Positions 11,629 through 25,209 are shown, counted from the first letter of the whole stretch. The stretch is 63,042 bases of DNA, filler included, from Chiloscyllium plagiosum (GCF_004010195.1; 5 parts of one record of this genome joined end to end with filler, not necessarily neighbours in it), one strand, 5' to 3'. Made by a program: numbers and translations. Notes: generated by a model not told the origin, from the sequence alone.

Positions 11629-13204
11629 GCAGCTCCACCCACCATTCAAAAAGCTTTACATCACCCAGGACAAAGCAGTCTGCTTTTATTAGCATACCAT
11701 CCACAACCTTTAACATCAATTTCCTCCACCACCGACACTCAGTAGCAGCAGTGTGTACCATCTACAAGAAGCACTGCAGATATTCGTCAAAGGTCCTCAG
11801 ACAGCACCTTCCAAACCCATGACCACTTCCATCTAGAAAGACAAGGACAGCAGATACATGGGAACACCACCCCTGCAGGTTTCCCTCCAAGCCCCTTGCC
11901 ATCCTGACTTGGAAATATATCACTGTTCCTTCAGTGTCGCTGGGTCAAAATCCTGGAATTCCCTCCCTAAGGGCATTGTGGGTCTACCTACAGCACACGG
12001 ACTGGAGCAGTTCCAGAGGGCAGCTCACCCCCACCTTCTCAAGGGGCAACCAGGGTCGGGCAATAAATTATGGCGCAGCCAATGATGCCAACATCCCATG
12101 AGTAAATAAGAAAGAATTAGATCTGTTTTAAAAATTAACAGACAGAATATTAAAAATTACGAGAATCACAGAAAGTTTTCCATATCGAGAGGAGGCCTTG
12201 TAAAGGTGAAGGGTTTATCATGTGGTTTTGTTTGGGGATTGTCAGCCTGCCTCATGAACTCTGTCAGATAGATAGCAAATCTGTCAAAGCAGGAACCAAC
12301 AGGCAGCCTCCTCCAAATGAACCAACCACAAGATCATAGGTCTCTTTTGATGTATTTCAATATTACATTGGAAACTGCTTTCTTTGGGATTTAATTTTTA
12401 GATGCTATCCAGTCTCAGTATTTGCAAAACCAGTTCTTGGGGATGCAAGAATCATATCTTAATCTAACAATCTTTTAACGAGCAGCTCAATACGGACAAA
12501 CCTTTGCTGTGAAGCCTCTTCTGTACTCACTCCCCCGACCCCCAAACAGCTGCTCCCACTGCTGTGAAGGATAAGTATTGTGACCGTTCCTCACTGACGC
12601 ATCTCCTCACTGTTCCTGAGCTGGACAAACACCTATTGGCTTGTTCAGAGAGTTGTATCTGTTGTTCTCACCTTAGTCAGACTGCACTGGGTACTTAGCT
12701 TCAGCAATTCTGAGTTTCTGTCCCTGCCTCAGCTCATTTGCTCCTGAATCCCTCGTCTATCCCCTTGCTACCTGCCAACACCAGCAATCCTGCAATCTCT
12801 TGGCATGTCCCGACATCCCTATGCCCACTCTGTGTATCACAGTTTATGGGCTGCCCTGCCTGTTCCCACAGACCGACCCTGCTTCCAAACCCAGCAAGAC
12901 TTTGATTTTAACCCTCTTCACTTGGAGAGGAGACAGGAGAAACAATAGTCCACAGGATCAGGCTAATAGTCTGGCATCAGAGCATTCAAGTCCCCACCGC
13001 AATACCTGGAGGAATTTAAATCCTACGGATAAATATGGAATCAAAAGCTTGTCTCAATGGTGGTGACCCTGAACCTATCATCGATTATTGTCAAAACATC
13101 CCTTAGGACCCTCCAGTAACACCACTGAATATGACAATATCCTTATAGCAGTACTTAAACTGCTTTAGCTTCCAGGTCAGTCCTGGCAGCAAATCTCTCT
13201 TTGT

Positions 13205-13460
13205 TTAAAAAGAAACAAGCTGCTGTTCAAAGTTCAACTCACAAATGTACCTCACAGCTCCAAACCAAAAAGATGAGAAAACTAAAACAAAAGTGGTGAT
13301 GATATCACCAATATACTGTTTGATGTTATCCATTAGTCTTTGAGGTGTAAGGCTTATATACCTGGCATCACACTGGCACTGAAACTCATATAACAAATGA
13401 CTCATTGCTGTGATAGGCAGAACAGGCTTGATGGCAGCATCTAGTTAGTGTGAACACCAT
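13205..13460 (-). mobile_element. PLE GIY-YIG endonuclease remnant
   Basis: LLYEFQCQCDARYISLTPQRLMDNIKQY is a decayed VVYxFxC.C...YVGxT..RL..RI..H motif. Confidence 0.7.
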
Positions 13461-13729
13461 TCATCCCATCACTAAAATCTGCAACATGGAACATCTAGTC
13501 TCACCTGTTACTCAAACCTCGGAGATATCTTCCCTTCCCAGGATAATCTGAGAGCAACTGGACACTTCCCAGGACCAAGAGAAACAGCCTCAGACTCTTC
13601 CTCAGTTAGTGTGAAATACTGAGAGAAATGATATGATTGGGGTAGTCAGTCAGGGTGGCTGTGGTGCTCCCTACTACAGCATTAGGTTTGTGTGGTGAAG
13701 AAACGACTTGGATCCTATTTATGAAGGAA

Positions 13730-14030
13730 TTGAGGATGAGAGGACATCAGTTTAAGGTTAGAGGGGAAAGAATAAAAGGGAACCTGAGGGTGAACCTTTT
13801 TACACAGAGGGTGCTACGCATATGGAATGAGCTGCCAGTGAAAATGGTTGAGGCGGGTACATTAACAACATTTAAAAGGCATTTGGACAAATACATGGAT
13901 AGGAAATGGTTAGAAGGATATGGGCCAAGTGCAGGGAAATGGGGTTAGCATGGGTGGACATTTTGGTCGGCATGGACCAGTTTGGGTCAAAGGGCCTATC
14001 TCTGTGCTGTGGGACGCAATGACTTTATGA
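13730..14030 (+). mobile_element. CR1 (HER1-like) LINE 3' end
   Basis: RGHQFKVRG..FTQRV.RIWNELP..VEAGTLTTFKRHLDKYM, followed by the 3' UTR and an atgactttatga tail. Confidence 0.85.
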
Positions 14031-14110
14031 GGTTGCTAATAAGGAGAATTTGGTAATACTGGCCAAGGAAGGTAGGTTTGCAAACCCCATGGAAAATGTG
14101 TCTTCAATGG

Positions 14111-14900
14111 TGTGACACTCAGCCCCTGGCCCTTGCAGAGATGTTGTAACTTGTTGCAGCAGAAAACCATCTGCTCAGGGACTGACAGTGGCTTGAATGT
14201 TGAATTTGTCATTCAAGGGAGGACCAGTGAATGTTAAAAATAAAAGAGAAAAGAAAGTGTGTACTGGCGTGAAGTAGATTCTGGGCAGAAGGCAGTTTTG
14301 TTTTCGAAGCTTCTGGACTGGGACTGTTTTTGATTTTTTGCTGACTCTGGTTATTTTCCAGTTAATGACTTGTTGAAAGTCCTGAGAAAAGCACCCCAGT
14401 CTCTGAGAAATAAGTAGAAGTCTCCAGAGTTCTGTGGAAGCTGTTTGCATTGACTTTGGAATTCAAGCAGGATACACAGTCCTTCATGTCTGTAACTATT
14501 CATTGTCTAAGGATTTCATGAAGACCCGGTATTCATTATTGAAACAGTTAGCAAACTGGCAAATTATAATTATTTTATTTTCTTTTTTAACTTATCCCTT
14601 AACTCTGTAAGTCAGTATGTGAATGGGGCTTTGTGATCAAAGAAGATTGGACTTAGGTTGCCAATATTAATTAGATTGCTTTGTAGTTTAGCTGTGTTCT
14701 GCTAAAGTTGCATTACTAACAATAAATGGTTAATTTTTGTTTAAGGTATAAACTTGGGGTGCAAAATCTGTGGTTCATAATGGCTGATTAGGAACAACTG
14801 AGCAAGTTTGAAGATCGTTGAATGATTGAATTTCAGAGTGTTGCTCATCTAGTGATAGTGAGATTGGTTTGGTTTAGTTTGCTATCTCTGTTTTGTAACA
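14111..14900 (+). mobile_element. Possible solo LTR
   Basis: TGTGAC...GTAACA termini and an internal AATAAA. Composition is similar to 557-1477. No TSD confirmed. Confidence 0.3.
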
Positions 14901-16074
14901 GTATCCCTTCATAATAAGCAGGATATTGTCGCTACCCAAACAGCCATACTTGCAAAAATCACAGCATCATGTTGAACATCATAAGTGATTCTCTATTGGA
15001 CAATGTTTGCTGGATTATCCTAAATGTGTGAGGAATTGCACTGAGAACAAATTTTGGATTGTCAGCTGGGCTCACTATGTGGTGCACTCACATGTATTGG
15101 AATCTACATGTGTAAATACACGTGCCATGTTCTTTGCCAGCAGAAAGAGTATATACACACTGTGCCTGTTTCAACAAAATAGGTAACTGCCATTGGCTGG
15201 TTCCTTTCTTTGGGCAATTCACTGACCAATCAGAGTCAGCCTGCCTGGTTTAAAATTGGCAGTTAACTGTCAATCTGTGTTAATTCTCCAAGACAATGCT
15301 TCTACCAGTCAGCACTCTCCTCTTATGCAGAATAAATAGTGTTTTTTTTCCCCTTAAATTGGAATTCATGTTAAATGAACTGATGAATTCATGACAAAAA
15401 TCTTTGACAACACAAGTCTTTGGCAATGCTCAAATATAGATAATTCATGATTTAATTGAAATCAGGTTAGGCAAGGAGCTGGAAGGTCTCCTCTTGTTCC
15501 TGTGTGCTTTCCGAGGATGGGGAACCAGTTATAATTTATACGGGATGGCGTGTATATACAGGAAGGAGAGAATTGGGGAAAAGGAGCTCTATCTGTCAGG
15601 CCAATGCTGATGGTCCAGTGCTCCCAAAAGAATTGAAACCTGACTCACCAAGACACACCCACTTTGAGCTTTCCTGTCTTTCATTCTTTCAGCTCTCCCA
15701 AAGGCCTGATGTTTCAAAACCTCTGGCCCATTTCCACCTCCATTTCCCCATCCATTAACTGCTTGTCCCTCCTGAATTTCGATCCTGCGTTGACAGTGAT
15801 GTCATTTGTAAACTCTTTTTACACGGAAACCAAAGACAGGAACCACAACTGAACACCACATCCAGATCTGGCAGAGTTCCTCGATTCATTGTGCTCAATC
15901 ACCAATCATCAGCTTTTCAATATGGAAGGAAAAATGTCAACAGACTTTCTCTCTCTTTCTCCGTCCTGACATGTGGGGCTGTCTTTCTTGTGAAATGGAG
16001 ATTGAAGGGACATTTGTTATGAGATTAGAACAGGATTAGAGAAGGTAGACAAAGAAAATTTGCTTCAGCTATAA

Positions 16075-16660
16075 TATCCTGGGGTTAACATTGATTAACA
16101 ACTGAACTGGACTCACCACACAAACACACTGGCTACAAGAGCAGGTCAGAGGCTAAGAATACTGCAGCGGGTAACTCACCTCCTGACCCCCCAAAGCCTG
16201 TCCACTATCTACAAGGCACAAGTCAGGAGGGCGATGGAATTCTCCCCACTTGCCTGGATGGGAACAGCACCAACAACACTCAGGAAGCTTGACACCATCC
16301 TCGACAAAGCAGTTCCCGCTTGATTGGCATCACATCCACAAACACTCACTCCCTCCACCACGGACACTCAGTAGCAGCAGTGTGTACCATCTACAAGACG
16401 CACTGTAGAAATTCACCAAAGATCCTCAGACAGCACCTTCCAATCCCATGACCACTTCCATCGAGAAGAACAAGGGCATCAGATACCGGGACCACCATCC
16501 CCTACAAGTTCCCCTCTGAGCCCCTCACCATCCTGACTTGAAAATACATTGCTGTTTCTTCAGTGTTGCTGAGTCAAAATCCTAGACTTCCCTCCCTAAG
16601 GGCATTGTGGGTCTACCTACAGCACACAGACTGCAGCGATTCAAGAGGGCAGCTCAGCAG
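16075..16660 (+). mobile_element. CR1-clade LINE family A, 3' part
   Basis: Colinear with 11360-12050, 49540-50225 and 57025-57640. Confidence 0.85.
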
Positions 16661-17974
16661 CTGCAGTAATCCCAGTCTCTGACCTGCTCTTGTAGGTATT
16701 GTATCTGTATGGCTAGTCCAGGATTTCAACCCAGTGACATGAAATATTTCCAAGTCCTAGCTCAACACCATCCTCTATTTTGACAAATCATTGACAGTCA
16801 TCCCTCCAGTGCCCTCAGGAAGTCTCAGAATGCTTTCTGTACACATTATTTTACAATTTCCTTTTCTCTGATGTATGGCTGGAAACAGATTTGCTGATGG
16901 TTAAGTTCTCAGAACCAGCAATATGGCTGCATCATCCACGTCCAGCTGATGTTGATGGATGGATGAGTATGGAGACTGAGGAGAACTCTCCACTTCACCA
17001 CTCACCACCCTGTTACTATCGCCATCTCCGCCCCCCCACCCGCACCCCACTCCACTGCTTCCCGCTCTTCCCAAAACAGTGGCATTGGGATTGTCCACAT
17101 CAATTTGAAAGAGCAGATGAGGACTTTGGTCTAAAGTCTCACCCACCAGCATTGCAGGGACTCCCTTCTGCCCCCATCCTGGCACTGGGAGTGTCCGGCT
17201 ACAGACTCAAGCGAGTGTGGTGGTTAACTTGTCGGTTTGGACTGGGATGGGAGGATGACATGAGTAGGATGTAACACCCCCATTTTTAAGTCCAGGGACG
17301 ATATGAATCAGACAAGACGATACTACAATGGATCTCGATTTGAAAACTCTCTTGCCACCTGCGTCCTTTTCCGCTTGCTCCTCAGATTTAAGCATGATTA
17401 ATAAAATAAATGAACAATTCTATCCGCTGAACAATGACCAAGGGACAATCGCAGGAGTGTTAAAGTCTCTTTTCAGAATTTATTTTTTGATTGAACACTG
17501 TTTTTTTTCCAACGCAGCACTTCATTCCACGTCACAGATCCCACATGCCAAACAAATGCCATCCCATGTGTGACTGCACAAGGAAAATAAAACATTCAAT
17601 CAAAGAATTAATTGCTGGAAAGAGACGGAAAAGCCTCTCATAATTGTTTCACAATCATCGATCTGTGGATGAAGCAGTTTTTTGTTTAATTAGATCCCAT
17701 TAAAATAGGGTTAGTCTATAAAAGTCATGTACCTTACTTACAAAACAGTTTTCATCATAATACTGGTTAGGTTGTTCTACAGCACTTCATTTCTGTTGTT
17801 GCAAAACAGTGGGTTTTATTTCAATTTAATTATCTTATTTTTCTGCAGTCAATTTTGGTAAATTTTTGCATTCAGTGTTTTGGAAGCACAAAACGCTGTT
17901 CTATTTTTGATTGACTTTAAAGATTTAATAACAAGCAATCCAACTCAATTTAGAATGGGTCAAATATCACTTTT

Positions 17975-18510
17975 CATTTGTTCCTAAGGTGTGGACTGGG
18001 CCAGCATTTAGTCCTCTTGAGAAGGTGGGGGTGAGCTGCCTTCTTGACATGCTGCACTCCATGTGCTGTAGGTAGACCCACAATGCTCTTAGGGAGGGAA
18101 TTCCAGGATTTTGACCCAGTGACAGTGAAAGAACAGCGACATATTTCTGAGTCAGGATGGTGAGGAGCTTGGAGGGGAACTTGCAGGGGGTGGTGTTCCT
18201 ATGTCCCATGATTTCTAGCATCTGCAGTCCTCACGTTTGCCTAGTGTTCCCCTGTACCTGCTGCCATTGTCTGTCTAGGTGGAAGTGGTTTGGGGGTTTG
18301 GAAGGTGCTGTCTGAGGATTTTTGGTGAATTTCTGCAGTGAATTTCTTGTGGATAGTACACACTGCTGCTACTGAGTGTCGGTGGTGGAGAGAGTGGATG
18401 CTGGTGGATGTGATGCCAGTCAAGCGGGGACTGCTTTGTCCAGGATGGTGTCCAGCTTCTTGAGTGTTGTTGGAGCTGCCCCCATCCAGGCAACTGGGAA
18501 GTATTCCATC
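17975..18510 (-). mobile_element. CR1-clade LINE family A, 3' part
   Basis: Reverse-complement copy. ORF fragments include IHSLHHRHSVAAVCTI. Confidence 0.85.
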
Positions 18511-18589
18511 AGTGTTGTAGAGAGACTGGAGAAACCAGGCTAACTGTCTCCTCATCAGAGAAGGCTCAGGGGAGATATGAAGAGTGAGT

Positions 18590-19235
18590 TCAAATTCATC
18601 GAGGGTTTTGATATAATTTGACACCATGCAAGAGTTGTACATGTTGCTGGTGAGACCACATCTCAAGCACTGAGTACAATTTGGACAACCTTATTTATGA
18701 AATGGAGATAAAGTGTTGGAAGCAATTCATAAAATATTGACCAGACAGTCTGGATGTTGAAAATAAGTTCCCACGTGTAAGAGAGATTGGAAGGCAACAC
18801 TATTTAAAAACAGATAGTCTGCCATTTAAAACAGAACTGAGGAGGCTGTTCTTTTTTTCTCTAAGAGCTGTGAATCTGTGGAACTTGCTTCTCCAGAAAG
18901 TGGCAGAGGTGGGGTCACTGAATGTTTTGGTACCTCTCTGTCAGGATCTCATCTGTTTCAATAAAATCCCCTCTCATTTGGCTCAACGCCAGTAGGTACA
19001 GGCCAAACCTGCTCAACCATTCCTCATAAGATGACTTCTTCACCCCACGAATCAGTCGGGTCAAAGTTCGATGAATTGGTTCTAACACAGAGAGATTCTT
19101 GATGGACGTGGGAGCCAGATATGATCAAGGGTAGATTGAAATGAGGGATGTATGATGTGATCCGACTAGCCATTAACTTATTGAATGGTAGGGCAGGCTT
19201 GAGGGGCTGAATGGCCTTTTGCTATTCCTAAATCT
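18590..19235. mobile_element. Decayed CR1 fragments, mostly + with an internal inversion
   Basis: Contains agttgtacatgttgctggtgagaccaca, gtgaatctgtggaact and gaggggctgaatggcct motifs. Confidence 0.6.
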
Positions 19236-19654
19236 GATGCTTGCATTGAGTAACCATGGACAGGACACACAGAATTTATATGATTACCAGAGGAGCCAGA
19301 TGTGAGACAAGAACATGTTTTACACCATCAGCTGCTAAAATCAGGAAAATGTCACAATGTGGGACGCTGCTCTTGGACAGACAGCTCGTGGTGTTGGAAA
19401 GTGTTACAGAAAGGCCTTGTGAGAGGTCATTCGAGTTTTTCTGTTAGACAGTGTTCCCCATTCTGAGCTTGGACAGGCGTACCCTGGACCCACTATTACC
19501 TTTGCACAGTTTCTTCCTGTAACTCTGTCTTGGAGGACCCCAGTCCGAGGAGCAGCTGATGATAGGATGATATTGGAAATAACGAACAAAACGTCACAAG
19601 GGCCAATAAACTGTGAGGTGCCAGAAAATCAGATACCCCAGCTCCAGGAAGGTC

Positions 19655-20180
19655 TGAGGGACTGCCACACTGTTGGAGGGTCAGTGCTGAGGGAGGGCCG
19701 TGCTGTCAGAGGGTCAGTGCTGAGGGAGCGTCGCACTGTCAAAGGGTCAGTGCTGATGGAGCGTCGCACTGTCAAACGGTCAGTGCTGAAGGAGTGCCGC
19801 ACTGTTGGAGAGTCAGTGCTGAGGGTGTGCTGCACTATCGGAGGGTTAGTGCTGAGGGAGCGTGGCACTGTCGAAGGGTCAGTGCGGAGGGTCAGTGATG
19901 AGCGAGTGCCGCACTGTCGGAGGGTCAGTGCTGAGGGAGCGCCGCAGTGTCGGAGGGTCAGTGCTGAGGGAGTGGGCACTGTCGGAGGGTCAGTGCTGAG
20001 GGAGCGCCGCAGTGTCGGAGGGTCAGTGCTGAGGGAGTGGGCACTGTCGGAGGGTCAGTGCTGAGGGAGCGCCGCAGTGTCGGAGGGTCAGTGCTGAGGG
20101 AGTGGGCACTGTCGGAGGGTCAGTGCTGAGGGAGCGCCGCACTGTCGGAGGGTCAGTGCTGAGGGAGCGCCGCACTCTGA
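19655..20180. repeat. 33-bp satellite array 2 (G-rich strand on +)
   Basis: About 16 units of CAGTGCTGAGGGAGYGCCGCACTGTCGGAGGGT, with an alternating 33/32-bp dimer at the 3' end. Confidence 0.95.
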
Positions 20181-20500
20181 CAGCAGCCTTTCAGTTTCTG
20201 TAATAAACTGCAGGCCCTAAACAGAATCTCAGTGGCTGCAAACTTTCCTGCCATCACTCTTAGAAGTGATTGTAAAGCTTTTCCTCAATGTCCCGACCAA
20301 CATATATCTCTGAACTAACATCACTGTGAGTAAGCAGTTGATCTAATGATTAACGTACTGTTGTGTGTGGGATCTCACAGTGCAGAAATTAGTTACTGTC
20401 TTTATCACAATCTAACACTGAGCACTCTATGAGAAGTACCTCATCAACTGTCGAGGGCTTTGAGACACCCAGATGTCGTGAAAGATGGTACCGAAATGCC
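20180..20500 (+). mobile_element. Decayed Deu-SINE 3' portion continuing directly from array 2
   Basis: tgtcccgaccaacatatatctc..aacatcact..tgtgggatctcacagtgcagaaatt..gaagtacctcat..gggctttgagacaccc..gtcgtgaaag follows the remembered Deu-SINE body and tail. Confidence 0.65.
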
Positions 20501-20904
20501 TATCGTTATGTATTTAAAATATCAATACCTAAAACTGAATGAGTGAAGGAAAACTAACATCCTGTCAGACAGGTCACTCTCAATATCAGATCTCAGAGCT
20601 GTCTGAGCTGAATATTGAGCCAGTGTCTCATACTCTGTTCATACACTTACAAATGACTGTGCCTCAAAAGAAATAATATTATTTTAACATACAGCCCTTC
20701 AAGCAACAAATATTTCGCCCACTGATACTTGTAGCTGCAGCGATTTAGATTCCACATTTTCTAAACTGTATTTCAGGAAGTGTTTAATCATTTCATGTGG
20801 AGCATTGTTAATATGTTTACCCAGCTGAAATGACCTGGCTTGGTTTTCCTGCAGTCTTTGTCAGAAATAGACTTTAGATGAGTTAAATTTGCAAACACTT
20901 GACT

Positions 20905-21215
20905 AAAGATCCTCAGTCAGCACTTTCCAAACCCACGACCACTTCCATCTAGAAGGACAAGGGCGGCAGATACATGGGAACCCCGCCCCCTGCAAGTTCC
21001 CCTCCAAGCCCCTCACCATCCTGAGTTGGGAATATATTGTCGTTCCTTCAGTGTTGGTGTATCAGAATCCTGGAACTCCCCCCCCCTAAGGGCATTGTGG
21101 GTCTACCTACAGCACATGGACTGCAGCGGTTCAAGAAGGCAGCTCACCCCCACCTTCTCAGGGGGCAACTAGCGACGGGCAATAAATGACCACGTCCCAT
21201 GAGTGAATAAAAAAA
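20905..21215 (+). mobile_element. CR1-clade LINE family A, 3' end
   Basis: Same sequence as 57325-57640. Ends gagtgaataaaaaaaa. Confidence 0.85.
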
Positions 21216-22255
21216 ACGATGTGCAGAGAGGGGAGGGACGGACAGGATGTCAGTTATTCTTCAGCAGGGCCAGCATTGAACCAATGGACCAAATTGTTCG
21301 AAATGACCTTTGCTTTCACTGTATCTATTCTTTGATTTTATTCTGCTCCAAACAAAAGCTATTCCCTTCAGTTGGCAAATTTGAATGGAGTGTCAAATCC
21401 TTGTGTTGAATTCATGGATATTATAAATCATTTCCCACAGCAGCAGAGGGGACCATGAAGGACCCTCCTTCACAACCTCACCCCTCATCTGGGCCACGGT
21501 GACCCCCAGCTTAATCCATCACCAGTCATCTCTCGCAGCCCTATGGTCCTCTTGGGGCCGTAGCGGTTTGGCCCATTAGATATTACAAAATAATTGGTTT
21601 ATATTAAATGTTTCAGTTCAACAGGAAGTTGCCATTGACCCCCCCAACCTCTGAGCTGTTCATGTAGCCACAATATTTTTCTGACTAGTCAGGTTCAGGA
21701 TGTGTTAATGGGTATGCACCCCAGGGTGATGATAGTGGGGGATTCAGTGATGGTAACACCATTGAACATCAAGTGAAGGTGGTTGGATTGTACCTTATTG
21801 GAGATGGTCTTTGTCTGGCATTTGTGTAGCACCAATGTCACTCATCATTTGTCAGCCCAAACTTGGAGACTGTCCAGATTGTTGCATTTGAACAGGGGCT
21901 GCTTCAGTATCGAAGGAGTTGCGTATGGTTCTGAACATCGTGCAATCATTGGCGACCATCCCAGAGGACCTTGCAGATGGTGGCGATCCCATGTATCTGC
22001 TGCTCTTGTCCTTTGAGACAGGTTTGGTTAGGAAGGCGCTGTCTGAGGATCTTTCGTCAGATGTTTACAATTTTAAAACATCCAAAACTGATTTTTAACA
22101 AAGATACCAGGAACATCAAGCCAGGTCATTTCAGCTGGATAAAAGTATTAACAACCGCACTACATAAAATGATTGAACACTTCACAAAATGCAATTGGGG
22201 AAAAAAGGAGAATGCACTATGGCTATGAGTATCAGTGGATGAAATATTTGTTACT

Positions 22256-23945
22256 TCAGCACTGACCCTCCGACAGTGTGGCACTCCCTCAACACTGACC
22301 CTCCGACAGTGCGGCGCTCTCTCAGCACCGACCCTCCGACAGTGCGGCACTCCCTCAGCACTGACCCTCCGACAGTGCGGCGCTCCCTCAGCACTGACCC
22401 TCCGACAGTGCAGCACTCCCTCAGCACTGACCCTCCGACAGTGCGGCGCTCCCTCAGCACTGACCCTCCGACAGTGNNNNNNNNNNNNNNNNNNNNNNNN
22501 NNNNNNNNNNNNNNNNNNNNTTAATTAATTAANNNNNNNNNNNNNNNNNNNNNNNNNNNNNNNNNNNNNNNNNNNNTCTCAGTACTGACCCTCCGACAGT
22601 GCGGTGCTCTCTCAGTACTGACCCTCCGACAGTGCCCACTCCTTCAGCACTGACCCTCCGACAGTGAGGCACTCCCTCAGCACTGACCCTCCGACAGTGC
22701 GGCACTCCCTCAGCACTGACCCTGCTTCAGTGCGACACTCCCTCAGCACTGACCCTCTGCACAGTGCAGTCAGTGCGACACTCCCTCAGCACTGACCCTC
22801 TGCACAGTGCAGCACTCCCTCAGCACTGACCCTCCGACAGTGTGACACTCCCTCAGTACTGACCCTGCGACAGTGCCCACTCCCTCAGCACTGACCGTCC
22901 GACAGTGAGGCACTGCCTCAGCACTGACCCTCCAACAGTGCGGCACACCCTCAGCACTGACCCTCCGACAGTGCGGCACTCCCTCAGCACTGACCCTCTG
23001 ACAGTGCGGCACTCCCTCAGAGCTGACCCTCCGGCAGTGAGGCGCTCCCCCAGCACTGACCCTCTGACAGTGCGGTACTCCTTCAGCGCTGACCCTCCGA
23101 CAGTGCGGCACTCCCTCAGCACTGACCCTCTGACAGTGCAGCACCCCCTCAGCACTGACCCTCTGACAGTCCAGCACTCCCTCAGCGCTGACCCTCCGAC
23201 AGTGCGGCACTTCCTCAGTACTGACCCACCGACAGTGCGGTGCTCCCTCGGCACTGACCCTTCAAGAGTTCGGCACTTTCTCGGTACTGAACCTCCGACA
23301 GTGCGGTACTCCTTCAGCGCTGACCCTCCGACAGTGCGGCACTCCCTCAGCACTGACCCACCGACTGCGGTGCTCCCTCGGCACTGACCCTTCAAGAGTT
23401 CGGCACTTTCTCGGTACTGAACCTCCGACAGTGCGGTGCTCTCTCAGTACTGACCCTCCGACAGTGCAGCACTCCCTCAGCACTAGCCCTCTGACAGTGC
23501 GGCACTCCCTCAGCACTGACCCTCCGGCAGTGAGGCGCTCCCCCAGCACTGACCCTCTGACAGTGCGGCACTCCCTCAGCGCTGACCCTCCGACAGTGCG
23601 GCACCTCCTCAGCACTGACCCACCGACTGCGGTGCTCCCTCGGCACTGACCCTTCAAGAGTTCGGCACTTTCTCGGTACTGAACCTCCGTCAGTGCGGTG
23701 CTCTCTCAGTACTGACCCTCCGACAGTGCGGTGCTCTCTCAGTACTGACCCTCCGACAGTGCAGCACTCCCTCAGCACTAGCCCTCTGACAGTGCGGCAC
23801 TCCCTCAGCACTGACCCTCTGACTGTGCGTCACTCCCTCAGCACTGACCCTCTGACTGTGCGTCACTCTCTCAGCACTGACCCTCTGACAGTGCGTCACT
23901 CTCTCAGCACTGACCCTCCGACAGTGCGTCGCTCTCTCAGCAGTG
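22256..23945. repeat. 33-bp satellite array 3 (C-rich strand on +) with higher-order variants and a gap
   Basis: About 45-50 units. The variant cccttcaagagttcggcactttctcggtactgaacc recurs three times. Confidence 0.95.
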
Positions 23946-25209
23946 ACTCCCCAGTCATTGGCCTAGGACACCACACTGAGGAACTACTGCAGAGATGGCC
24001 TGGAGCTGAGAGGTCTGATCTCTAACAGCTACAACCACCTTCCTATGTACCAAATGTGACTCCAACCAGCGGGGAACCTTCCTCCTAATTCCCACTGACT
24101 CTCGTTTTGCTATCGCTCTTTGATGCCACACTCGGTTAAATGGATCTTATTTTGTGCTTTAAGCCAATAATACTAGCATTTGTATGTTTGGAAAGTGGTG
24201 TTGAATATTTTAGTTTATAGGTATCTGTGTATACAATGTCTCTGTGGCTGTTTTCTTCCTGGTCTCTAAATAAGGCTCATCAACTCCTTATGTCCAGCAT
24301 TGCTCCTTTATTTACTACTGGACAGTGGAGGTTCTCAGACCATCTCTCTAGTGCAGTGTCTAAAACCTCCCTCTGCACATGCTCATTCTTGTTTGACTGA
24401 TGTCAGACCTGTGCAATCAGTTATATAATTATGGTTTACGTGAATCTCATTACACCACGCCTCTGACCAGGTTTCTCTCTCTGCATTATTGCAGTAACGA
24501 TGTATTGTGTCTACAGCTGCATCAGTCTGTACACTGTCTGATGTTGTCTCGGTCTGGCTGTCCCATATTCTGTGATAATCTCACTTGGCCTCACAGCTTA
24601 GCTCGTAAAAGATCAACCCTTTCCTGTACCTCCTGACTATCCCACCAAGTGTTCTGACAATATAAGATCTCACTTGATCTGTTCTCCAATGACTGTGACT
24701 TTGACTTCCTGTTCCTTAACCAGAAACCCTGCCTGGTTGACAGTTTCCACTCTGTGTCTGCTGCTGTGTTGTTGTTGCTCTACCTGAGAGGTTATGTTTT
24801 GGCTACAGGTTGTGTTCTGAAAACCACCTGTTTTTGACCTTATCCCTCGAAACAAGCAGCCATTACCCAAAGGTAACTGAATGGAGCATTGTTAATCCAG
24901 TGAACATTCCCCGTCTGTATTGGGACAGTTGCTAGCCCTGAGCACCGTTGTGTCCATTCTGACACTGACAATATGATCCCACTTTTAACTGAGAGGTTTT
25001 ATGTTCCCCATCAAAAGCGGAGGTATTTTCCTGACAGTGATGGGTTTAGCATTTTATTACAGACTAATGTTGGACTCTCGCTTCAAGCTTCCCAACCCAG
25101 TAAACAGCTTCAGAAATTCTTGCGGAAAATTTCTTTGCTTTCATTCCAAGATACTGTACTCACTCTCTCTAAGACACCCAGATGAATAAAAACATCTCTC
25201 CTTAAAATG

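Larger units (their letters stand above)
9815..12110 (+). mobile_element. CR1-clade LINE family A RT remnant, interrupted by a nested CR1 and a PLE-derived insert
   Basis: RT motifs ANYRPISLLSILSKVMEG, AQFGF and GVPQGSVLGPTIFSCFINDLP (ORFs 9923-10180, 11028-11396). The 3' end with its tail lies at about 12110. Confidence 0.85.

Noticed and set aside
24755..24790. QQQHSS peptide resembling the ZNF521 C-terminus
   Set aside because: It comes from a (TTG)n/(CTG)n run. It lacks the NH motif, a matching acceptor and a stop codon.
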